Of a stretch of 34,370 nucleotides of DNA, positions 22,273 to 33,357 are shown one piece after another. The stretch is from Atractiella rhizophila (Eukaryota). Location: contig MU271660.1 in NCBI GenBank assembly GCA_021432655.1, positions 1-34,370 on the forward strand. Reading direction: 5' to 3'. Below the pieces are notes generated by a model. It did no database searches. It was not told the DNA's origin and worked only from the letters and a program-made list of their open reading frames with translations. The translations under genes and the position numbers were made by a program. The stretch's first letter is position 1. The number at the start of each line of letters is the position of its first letter.

Positions 22273-24016
22273 ATGCCCCCTATCGCTATTACCTTGACTC
22301 AAGTTGTCAATCCGCCTGACGCTGGCAACACCAAAAGCGAAATTGCCATAAAGATACTGTGCAGTAATGGTGTCAAGCGTGAAATACCAAGGCTCCCGAC
22401 CTTGGATATTTATCTTTTCATCGGTGTTACTGCCGGGAAAATTGACAACACTACATATCTCCATATTGACCCTTCATTTCCAATAATTCTCAAACTCGGC
22501 GTCCATGACACAACTAACCTATCGAGCCAACTTACCCAAGAAGCAGGAGTTTCGAACGAACCTTTGCTTCGTGTTGACCTTGCGACTTCCGAGTTTGGGA
22601 GAAGCTACACAGCGTGCTTGGATCCTCCGTTACCACAACAAAGCTTTCAAGTCCAGTTGCAAATTTTTGAGTCCTGGCCGGAGCATTCATTTCAGCAACT
22701 GCCTGTTGAACTTGTTCTGGAGTGCTTATCCCCGCTCCTCAGACCTCCTCATGAAGTCGAAGACCTTTCGGAATACCAGGCCAACCTACAACAAATCCAA
22801 ACCTTTCGAAGGGTTTGTCGAGATTTTGCGAGAATCGGTCGCATTGCGTTGTTCCGACAAATCGGCACTCAAACTGAATATGGCGATTCACCAACTTGGG
22901 ACCTTTTCAGTAATCTGAACATAATCAAGTTCCTGGAATGGTATGGGGACGCTTTACTTCCATGGATAAAAATGCTTCATTTGCGAGAACAAGACTTTCC
23001 TCGTTTGACCGACGCTTGGAAGACAGGGATCCGACTCGCTTTTGCTGCGACAAATGTGCGCACTCTGATCTGGGACATTCGACCACCTAGCGATGTCGCT
23101 AAACGTCAAAAGATAATGAAGGTGTTAGGACGAATTCAAAACCTCCGTTACCTCCAAATTGCCGGGGAGAAGGTGCACGGATCTTCTCGCTGGCGGTTCT
23201 CAGACTTTTTGTTCTTTTTTCAACAGAAACAGGCTGCAAATCTGCCAACGCTGGATCTTTGCGGTTGGGACATGTGCGATTTGGATGGGTCTAAGGCACC
23301 AGCACAAATTCAAGCTGATCTGGAACGCTTAGACTTGTTGGATTGTAAAATGAACGACTTCTTTTTGTATTGGTTGTCATCTTTGTGTCCTAGGATCAAG
23401 TATTTCGGTTTCGATGCTTTCTGGCCAGATCCGCACTACAATTCAAAACCCTTGGGCGACTTTATTGGTCGTCACGCAGCAACATTGGAAAGCATTCGCA
23501 TAACTCATCGTGCCATGAGCAGAGAAGTCACTGAACTCTACTCCATCACAACCTTTCTGCATCAACTTGACGACGCGATTAACACCTGCAAGTGCGTTTC
23601 TTACATGCTCCCGCCTTCGTATTCATAGACATTTGCACAGGAGTTTGAAATGGCTCTACCTTGACGCAGGAGCAGAGAAATCTAGCGTAGTCTCCTCAAG
23701 TTTCCTTGATATTATCACCTGCCCTTCCCTTCGACTCGTCCATGTCCTCAACTGTCATCAACGTGCGGAACAAGTCATCGGATGGTGCGAGAGGCAGGCA
23801 AAATCAGGAGTGAAGGACGTCATGGTTGTGTGGGAAGAGCTCTGGGGTGATCCAGAGACGGAAGTCAGGCTCCTTCCTATATTGCGATCTATACAACCAA
23901 ATGTCTCTCGAGAAGTGGTGCCAAATCGGCCGAATATTTGGAAATGCAACATGGGAACATACAAAGTGCTTCAGGTGGAATCAAGAGAGGATAATTGGGA
24001 AATGAAACAATGGTAG
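22273..24016 (+). CDS. F-box-like/LRR-like protein, paralog B; exons 22273-23591 and 23641-24016
   Basis: FQQLPVELVLECL...FRRVCRDFARI, followed by LRR-like units (NLRYLQI, LERLDL, CPRIKYF, TLESIRI, SLKWLYL, CPSLRLVHV). The intron is at the same position and phase as in paralog A. Confidence 0.7.
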
Positions 24017-24612
24017 CTTCTGAGTTGAAAATACTTGATCCTCATTGAGCAGATATCTGGTGTTGAAATTACTAGCATTTCAGCCCATATCAAACAGGCT
24101 TACCCCCAAACTTGCACACAGCAGGTGCACCACAGTTATGCATTAGGGCCGCCTTAATACCAACAAATATCGAGCGATCTTTAATGTCATCGAAGATAGA
24201 CGAAAAAAACGCAGCTGCAATGAATGTCCTGCGTGATCAGCCACTTGAGCACAACGATCCCTCGTGGGAAAATGCATTAAAAGTGTGAAAATTCCAAAAA
24301 ATCTTTCATTAGCTTGGTGCCTCTCACCCTCAGCCTTCGTCTGGGAGACCATGAGTCTTCAAAATCACGCGTCCATCTCCGTCTCAAGCTTTTCCAGTTG
24401 CTCTCTCATACCTTTACGAACCGATGTCCTATCTTTTAGCTATTACAATATGCTGATTTTGGCAAGGAAAAGGACTTCCAAACGCTGTTGCGGTGCTTTT
24501 GGGCTCAATGTTCCCACGTGACTCCTGCTCAATGACACAATGACACAATCAACACAAACGACCGAAAGCTGAGGATGTCCCCAGGATTTGTGATTTTCTA
24601 GTATTCGACAAG

Positions 24613-27235
24613 ATGGATCGGCGCAGATCCAGCGAAAAGAAAAAGACTAATGAAAAACCTCAAGGGAGGAGTGCCACGGCCAGGTCTGTCCTTTCTCATT
24701 CAAAAGGCGGATCATGAACATGGATGGGAAAGGGAGGCAAAGGGTTTAGCGATGGATTTTAAGGAGATTTTGAAGAAAAAGGAGCCTATGGATCGAGAGG
24801 TTGAATTCCAAAGACAAAAGTGCGTCTCGTTTCTCTAAAGTCGGGGAATATTCAATGTAAATGTGTACGGTTGTTTTAGCCTGAGGAAGCAGTATATGCT
24901 TCTTATCTTCTCCTCTTTTGAATCTTCTAAACCCTTGGAGGTCCTACACCTCCTGTGGCTTGAAACGTCCCACGCAATCATCCAACTTTATCGTGACCGG
25001 CTGGCTGCTGTCGATGCAGCTATGAAACAACCACGAGGGAAGCCTCCGCATTACCAACCCGGCCAACAACAATTTGGCCCAGTAGCTAGAAGAAAACTCT
25101 TTCAAAACTTCCGAAATTTCCTTAATTCCGAAGAATCCTTCTGGCGAGACCAGCTCCTAGTCAAGATGGTGCGCGAGTGGGATCTCAAAGAAGCCGAGCC
25201 TGCACTTCGTGCTTTGGGTGTAGTTTTTGCACCCGACGACAGTGGACCACTTGTTGGACCAGTGCTCTCTGTTTCTCGTGTACCTGTCGTTCCTCCTGCC
25301 AGTCAAGTCACAGAGAAGGATGGGAAGAATGCGGAAATCTTGAAATTAGCTCACGATCGTGCGCTAAACGTGTGCCAGAAAGCGCTCATTTGTTACGGTG
25401 ACTTAACTCGTTATCGAGAGTTGTACAGCGATCCTGCGGCGGAGAAGAGGAATGGACGGAATGGGAGGAGCGGCAAGACGCAGGTCAAGAGAGAGGCAAC
25501 TTACATCCGCGCCTCTGAGTGCTACACTCAAGCTCGACTTTTGCTCCCTGATAACGGGAACCCGTCCAATCAGCTCGCGGTCCTCTCCTCATATGCCGGA
25601 GACAGCCTTGGCTCAATCTATCACTATTACCGTGCTCTCTGCGCGCAAGAACCCTTCTCCACTGCAAGGAACAATCTGCAAGTGACCTACAGGAAGGCTT
25701 TGAACAAGGCTGAACAATCAATCGGAAACAAGAACCAGGTCATGGAGGAACCCAGGAGGTTTGAAGTCGAATTCATTCAGTTCCACGCCATGCTTTTTCT
25801 CAATGAAAAGCTTGGTGCTGCCGCTATGAAGATGGATGCACTGGCGAAGATGTTTGGATCAGCCTTGAAGGAGCGAGCCCTGCTTGCCGATACTGTCCTC
25901 AAAGTAGTAGTTACGGCATTGTGCGCTTTTCACAACTCTAGGCTAACTCATTCAGGTTCGACTTCCTTCTGTTTCCTGTTCAGACGCATTAATCGATCGG
26001 TTAGCCTCGCTATCAAGCCCAGCACTCGACTCCGAGTTTATCGCACGCGATCATGCCCTGCTTCTCTTCAAAGAGATGTTTGATCTTGCATCCGAGGAAA
26101 CTATGGAATGCCTCGATATCCCATCCCCGCTCCTTTCGGAGGATGAACCTCTCAGTTTGGCCCAACGTATTTCAGCTCCGCTTCGACGTATGCTCCCCGC
26201 CCTTCGCATTGTCTCGAAGTGGACGATGGCGCACTTGGACTACCTTTCCCGAACTAATTCCGCCATTTTAACGCAGTTTTGGAGCTCGTATTGCAACTTC
26301 AATAACGCGTTGAAAAGCCCTTTCCCTCTGGAAACAGTGCCACTGGATGAAGAGGCGATGTTAGAGGAGGACGTGGAGATGCTTGGTTTTTCGCCCCTCA
26401 AGCGTGGGTTGAGGGATCGAGGTGGATACGTCACGGGTAAAAATGGCCGATTGGTACGAAAAGCCGGAGGGAACGTGGAAAGGAGAGACATGCATCCTAA
26501 CGAGGAGCAGCTGATCCGCATCAAGGACCTTCAGAACGATGTGAAATTGATCGCTGAGTCCAAGGTACGTTCACACTTCACTTTTGGGAAAAGTCAAATA
26601 AAATGATGATGCAGGCTTCTCCCATCCTCGAATCTGATGGCAGATTCCTCAAGGCTTCCGAGGCTACCTCCCCTTCCGCCGAGAATGACATGCGCCAACT
26701 CGATGCCGTCGCCGCGGAGTTCCTCTCCCGTGTCTTCGACCCCTCTGTCATGGAGACCATTGAAGAGACATCCGAACACTCTGTGGAAGGCGAAGCCATT
26801 CTCGAGGACGCAAGCAACGACGATGTCGTCGATCTCGCAATGAGGATTGGGACTGGTCATGGCGGCTCTGAATCCGAGGAAGAAGAAGAGGATGATGAAG
26901 TCCTTTACCCCTACAAGATGTCGATTGATTCGGTCTCCGGTCCAGCTACTGTCGTCCCACCGTCACCAACCAACAAGGAGTCAGTGCAGGCGAAGAACGC
27001 TTTTGACCTGCTCTCGCAGGTCCTCGGTGGTGGAGCTCTCTCTGCAAAAGACGTACCTTCCCTTCCTAGCCGACCTTTGTCCAATCCTAACATTTGGGCT
27101 CCGACTAATCAGTTTCAATTCAATGACGATGTTTATGCCTCAACAAGAGGCGCAACAGGATGGCCACAGTTCGCGAAGAATCGACAATTTTCCCCTTATG
27201 GACAGAATCAGAAACAGTACCTGAATAGCGGCTAG
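24613..27235 (+). CDS. Est1/Ebs1/SMG7-like protein (Est1 and TPR/14-3-3-like domains, no PIN domain seen), about 5 exons
   Basis: Motifs ALICYGDLTRYRE, YTQARLLLPDNGNPSNQLAVL, SIYHYYRALC and PFSTARNNL are diagnostic of the Est1/SMG5-7 family. The spliced N-terminus reads REAK..KEPMDREVEFQRQNLRKQY, and the tail is low-complexity and acidic. Confidence 0.88.
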
Positions 27236-27634
27236 TTGTCTTCCGAGCGATCATTGACCGATCTGTGGGATTTCGACAGCTTACATACACCTTTGCCTAC
27301 GTGCAGTGGATACGTCGTTTCTGAGCGTCAGGGCTTGAACGAAACTTGACTTCGCATCGCCTAACTTTGGCCTGATTGGCAGGAAAGAATGTGGAGAAGA
27401 ATTGAAGGTTTTACTGCCCATCTAGCTTAATGCCCGTCTAGCTGCTAATTGTTTTGGGCTGATGATCATTGGAGATAAATATCGATGAGTCTAGCGTGTC
27501 TTGTGGTAGCTCTGGCGTTATGATTGCATTGAATTGCATATTTTCCATTAGATTTGCACAGAGAATTTCACCATCCTCACTATAAGGAAAGCCCAAGGAT
27601 CATCTGCCCCAGACAGGGGAAATTGAAACCAAGC

Positions 27635-29210
27635 TCATTCGGGATACTCCCAAAGCGAAATCAACTCATCTTTGCCAGCGACAGCAAGAAAGCTCTCCTC
27701 CTCCTCCTCCTCCACCTCCTCGCTCACCTTTGGTATTGACCACACAACTGCCGCTGCTTGACCTTTGTGCTTTTTGAGCGTAGCAAGGGTCTCGAGCTCC
27801 TCTTCTGCCGCTGTCGGCGTCCGATATATCGTTGTTCTATCTTCGAGTGAGCAAAGCACAATTCGATCATGATGATGAGAGTAGGGTACAGTCCGTCCCA
27901 TCCAGCTACAGCGAACATCTTGCCATCCAAGCGGTGGGAAATGGATGATTTTCCAGGCGAGAGGGTGGTATACACTTTCATTCTCTGCCAAATCAGAAAA
28001 TGGTCATTAGGCGGTGGATGCGATTATTTCTGTGTACATGAGGTCACGTACAGGTTGTTCTGGTTCTGAGATGTCGGTTGGATTGAAGAGCGTGGAGGAA
28101 AGGATACGGTATCGTATGATACGATGGTCAGCCGCCACCGACCACACATATTGCCCTCCAGGTTGCAAGGCGAGATCCATCACTAGTTATGCGATTGCGA
28201 CGTGGTTTAAAAAATCAAACTTTGCTCATTCTTGTGGATAAAAGGAAAAGGAGGACGAACCAGGCTCTCTATGCCCTTTCTCAGCCCAAAGCAACTCCCA
28301 TCCCTCCCCTTCCTTTAAAGTAAGAAGCGAACGAAAATCCAAGTCATCACCGTCTACCGCTGTCTGAAGTTTTGAAAGGAGGGAGGTGGTCCGATTGACG
28401 AAGCAAGCGACGTGTCCTGATTCGTAGGCTGAGATTAAACCGAGGTAGGTTTGAGTGCTGTGCGAAGATGGGATACGGAAGAGCTGGACAGAGAGAACTG
28501 TGCCTTCATGGATTGGTTAGCGGACTTGAACGCCACGAGGGGAGAGCAGATGTACCCGTCTTTTCAACTTTGGAGGAGGGAACGCCGATGGATCGCCAGA
28601 CGCGATGGGTGCTTGGAAGATGGTATATGTCAATCTGTAGGTAAGATGATTAACGATGACGTTGTGCACAAAATAAAGATGGCTGACGATATTATCGCTC
28701 TTGAACCCAACGCTAGCTACCAGTCCCTTCATCTCCTTGGCAGCTTTGAAAGTTCTCCTATTAGTCTCCCACAGCAGAACGTTCACTTTACAAAAGCCTA
28801 TGGAGTTGACGTTCATGCCCATCTCTTTGACCAGTTCCTTGCCATCAACTCTGTAAAAGGTAAGGGTATGATCTCGTCCCTGCCTTGCGCTTTCGTCAGC
28901 CTCGCAGTCAAATATATCCAGATCAAAGAAAGACGCACGACCAGACCATATTTCCCACCCAACCGACTGCGAGCACTCCACCACCACCCCCTCCCTCGCC
29001 TTCATCGGGATGAGGAGGTGTGTGCTTCCAGACGACCCGCTTGCTGTGAACATTCCAGCAGAAGATAGCCCCAGACTCGTCTGCTGAGAGTAATTGGCCG
29101 TCGAAAGAGAAAGACAGCGAAGTGAGGGGCGCTAGATGAGAGCGTAGAGTGAACATGTGTAGATGCTCAAGTGCTGTTGTGAGTTCGTGATCATACATAA
29201 TTGAATTCAT
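27635..29210 (-). CDS. ASA1: WD40-repeat protein Asa1 (ASTRA-associated, GNB1L-like), multi-exon
   Basis: FTLRSHLAPLTSLSFS..SADESGAIFCWN, MNVNSIGFCK, AYESGHVACF, GHREPVMDL..SVAADHRI, DGKMFAVAGWDG, LATLKKHK and LAVAGKDELISLW. The start could be ATG 29210 or a downstream ATG near 29156. Confidence 0.82.
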
Positions 29211-29741
29211 ATCAAAATAGTTTCAATGGTTTAGGATCACAGCTCACTCCATCCTGCTCATCCTTTGTGAACTTCTCTCGTATACAAGGAGCCTACCGCC
29301 TGACCTCAGATATATCATATGCAACGTTATGGAAGAGGACTGTCAGAAAGATAGTGAAACCACTCAGACTCTTGAGCTCCTAGAAAGAATGACAGTACCT
29401 GGGGCCAATTAAAGATACAGTGTAAAGACAAAAAGGAACAAGAGCTGAAGCGCTGAAGGAATTTGAGAGCAGTTCACTGTTCACTTACATCTTGCGGTAG
29501 GTCCGTTTCCGTCGTGGTGCTTCCCGCGGCTTCCCTATGATGTTTACAGCTGACAGACCAGCGAGCTATTCCAGTATTGCGAATCGGGGATCGCGTTCTT
29601 GGACAGCTCCTTTCGTCCATCGCTCAGTTGGGAATGGCCGATGATGTTCATGTTACGCTCTCCTCCTCAAAACGTCAAAATGCAGCTTGGAAACCTCCCA
29701 ACTCGGCGAAGAAGAAACATCTCCGACCAGAAAGCTTTAGA

Positions 29742-31890
29742 ATGCCAGTTGTCCCAGCGAGCGTCAAGGTCGAACGGGAAGCTTATGCTCTCAATGAAGC
29801 AACTACGAAGGAATTCGACTACGACCTCTTCGTCATCGGAGGTGTATTTTCTTGGCTTCGACTTGGTCTCTTGCTCGAGGCTCATTTACTCACCATGAAC
29901 TGTGCAATAGGTGGATCAGGAGGTCTAGGGGCTGCGAGGAGAGCATCAGCAGACTACAACAAGAGAGTAGCCATCGTCGAAGAGACCGCCGTATTGGGAG
30001 GGACATGCGTCAATGTCGGTCCGTTATGCTTTCTTTACGGCACGAATGTATTCGAAGATGGGGAGGCAGGCTGTATCCCGAAGAAAGTGACGTGGTATGC
30101 TGCTGACGTGCGTGAGAAGATCCACGCTGGTCCTGCATACGGCCACCACATCGACACCAAAGCTGTACCAGCCTTCGCTTGGAACGAGTTCAAGCAAAAG
30201 CGTGACGTTTACATTCGCGGTTTGAATAAGATTTATGAAGCCAGCATGTGCTTTACCCTACTTTATCTCCTGCCTGAGACACACTGTTATAGATTGCAAG
30301 AAGGACAAGGTGGAATACCTCACTGGTCATGCTCGCATACTCTCCGGGCACGAGGTGGAGATTGATCAACCTGGTGGAGAGAAGAAGAGGGTCTCTGCTG
30401 AATACATCATCATTGCTACTGGCGGACGGCCAACCATTCCGAAGGATATTGTTGGCGCAAGAGAGCACGGAATCACAAGTGATGGTTTCTTTGATATGGA
30501 AGAGCAGCCCAAACGGGTGGTGGTTGTTGGAGCTGGATATATTGCCGTTGAAGTACGCTTTTATATTATTTATCATCTCTTTCTGAAGAGGAAGAGGGCA
30601 GAGCGAAACTGACCATTTGCGAAGCTAGCAGGCATATTCAACGCATTAGGTTCTGAGACCCATCTCATCATTCGTTACGACAAAGTTCTTCGGTCATTCG
30701 ATCCCATCATTCAGGATACGCTCACTGCTCACATGTCGAAGAGTGGAGTGCATATCCACAAGAACACCAAAGTCACCAAAATATCCGGTTCAGAGACGAA
30801 GCCTGACCTCACAATACCTTCGAGCAAGATGGTCCAGTTGGATGATGGCACTTCCATTGAAGCAGACACAGTTCTTTTCGCCATTGGACGGCGCAGCAAC
30901 ACGGACGATTTAGGGCTTGACAATGTTGGGATCAAAACGAACGAAAAGGGTGACATTGCTGTCGATAAATATCAGAAGACTAGCCTCGATAATATCTACG
31001 CGCTTGGTGATGTGGGAGGGAAAGCTTTACTGACTCCTGTTGCTTTGGCTGCCGGTAGACGGGCGAGTAATAGACTCTTCGGCCCTGAGAAGTTCAAAGA
31101 CGATCATTTGGACTACGATAACATCCCCTCCGTCGTCTTCTCGTACGTCATCGTCACCCTCTCCTTCACTAGGTTGTAGAACTATTCGCTAGGCATCCAC
31201 CGTGTGGTACTGTAGGATTGGTAAGCTGCCACGTTTTTCAGCCTCTACTGACTGATAAACTGCCCGCAGACTGAACCAGAGGCGAGGCAGAAGTATGGTG
31301 ATGAGCAGATCCAGGTTTACAAAACTAACTTCACCGCCATGTGAATCAATTCCGACGATGTCGGCCCTTTACCGATACTAAACTGTCTCTACAGGTATAC
31401 ACACGTCTGGCCGCTCGCTGAGCGAGAGCCAACTGCCATGAAACTGGTGTGTGTTGGTCCCCACGAAAAGGCTTGTCATCCACCTGGCTATCAGAATTTT
31501 CGTGTTGATCAGTCGGTTCAGGTCGTCGGTGTGCACCTGATTGGCATAGGTGCGTCATCATACAGTTTATGTAAAGAAGTTGGAGGTTGAGGATGTTGCA
31601 GGCAGCGATGAGATGACCCAAGGTTTTGCGGTTGCAGTCAAAATGGGAGGTCCGTTTTTCTCTTCCTTACGTTGATAACGAGAAGGATGACTAGGACACT
31701 CCAGCTACCAAGAGGCACTTCGATGATACCGTTGCAATCCATCCTACGGTAAGTGTCGCTCTTCTCTGGGTCTCACAATCTAACTTTCTCTTTTCTGCTA
31801 CCAGAGCTCTGAAGGTCACTTCTCTCTTCTTCTTATTCTGATCGGGCGGCCCACTTACTGTGATGTATAGAACTTGTTACAATGCGGTAA
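29742..31890 (+). CDS. GLR1: Glutathione reductase (class I pyridine nucleotide-disulfide oxidoreductase), about 13 exons
   Basis: Spliced YDLFVIGGGSGG (FAD binding), GGTCVNVGCIPKK (redox disulfide), ITSDGFF, VVGAGYIAVELAG (NADPH binding), YALGDV, LLTPVALAAGR, NIPSVVFSHPP and C-terminal VAIHPTSSEELVTMR*. An upstream in-frame ATG exists at 29634. Confidence 0.96.
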
Positions 31891-32115
31891 ATGTAAACTA
31901 GACAAGAGATCTTCGAATAGAAGAACATGTGCCAATCCAACAACTCACAAACCAGCCCCTGGCAGACATACAGCAATAAAGGAGAAGTGAGTCTGTCTAC
32001 GATCCCAACCTTAGTTTCGTGCGCGTGTCCCGAGTCGTGTCGGTTGCGTCGCCGAGCGGTCAACTAAAGCTAACCATAAAAGGCGGGTCAAGGTCAGGGT
32101 CGCGGCCAGTTCACC

Positions 32116-32978
32116 ATGAGCTACAATTATGGGAGAAGAACTCGCCCACTGTGGTCTCGCACACACACACGGCCTCGATCCTCCACTTCCTCAGGCAGCA
32201 GCCTTCACGCTCAATTTGCTTCTATCAACTTAAACTTAGATAACATACTATCTGCTCCAAGCCCTATTCTCACAGTTCAAGAAGTCGCAAAAGCTGCTAT
32301 CCAAGCCCTGAGCACTTGCGGGTATGATGCAGCAATTCTAGGTAGCCTGGCGAGCCGTCAATATGGAGTAATGAGAAGTCCAAATGTGACTCTGATTGGT
32401 ATTCCTTTGACCCCACCTGACTAGTTTTGACTGCTCAGGACGTGGACATATTGGTGCTTCCTCGTCCCTGGGATCTTTCTAGTCAAGAAGACATCAAGCG
32501 CTCAGTCGTGAGGGTCGATTCGAGATTCTACCTCCGAGATGCCAAAACCCCTGGAGCGACGGACAAAGTGCTGTATTTCAAAGCGTATTCGTACAGCCGA
32601 ACCTATACGAAGGTCGATCTGCTCCTTCCTGGTGTTATGAACCTTCCCACGCTTCCTCCGGAGAAAGTCATGATGATCGGAGACTTGCCCATTGGTCCAT
32701 TCTCCTTGCTTCTGCTCACCAAACTGCAATGTTGGGACGATAATCGTCAGGCCATCCAGTACTTCAAACAGCAGAAACAGTACACGGATGCGTCGGACAT
32801 CGAGGCATTGCTGCGATTGCCCAATGCGAAGATGCTCAGGAAAGAAGAAAATTGGTTTCTTGATGCCGACGTTCTAGGGGAGAGAATATGCAGATTGACA
32901 CCACCAAGAGTTAAGCGTATCTGCGGTGCATATCCAAAAATGAAGCGAGATTGGCAGTTACTTGGGTTCAAAATCTGA
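32116..32978 (+). CDS. Putative Pol-beta-superfamily nucleotidyltransferase (uncharacterised fungal family); exons 32116-32385 and 32439-32978
   Basis: Removing intron GTGACT...CTCAG gives AAILGSLASRQYGVMRSPN|DVDILVL (hGS...DxD), a third Asp strand TKVDLLLPG, then LLLTKLQCWDD...KQYTDASDIEALL. Confidence 0.65.
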
Positions 32979-33357
32979 AGGTCATCTGACTGAGTGACTG
33001 AGTGTTGCCAACATCATGTAGAAAAATTTTCCTTAGTTTTTATGGTCTCTTCCACGTTGCGTAAATGTCTTCTTATCGTCTGCTTTCCTGAAGGACGCGC
33101 ATTTTCTCCAGATTCTCTGTCACTTCCTCTACTTCCGAGAACAAAGAACTGCCAGAAGATTCCCGGAACCTGATATTTCACCAAGTGATTGTATTATTAC
33201 GACGAACGCCTTTTCTCTGCTCTCGTTCCGTAACCACCACACTGCCTTCCCCACGTCCTTTTCGTTCTGTCGTCGTCTCGTATAAAACGTACTTGAGCAT
33301 GAGGAAAATGGCTCCTCCACCAGACTTTATAACATCAACTAACCTACCTTCCACAAA

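Noticed and set aside
24531..24556. Short tandem AATGACAC repeat upstream of the Est1/SMG7-like gene
   Set aside because: Two to three short units are consistent with ordinary slippage, and nothing indicates function.
28451..29068. 205-aa plus-strand ORF
   Set aside because: It is the antisense shadow of the ASA1 coding exons and has no independent motif.
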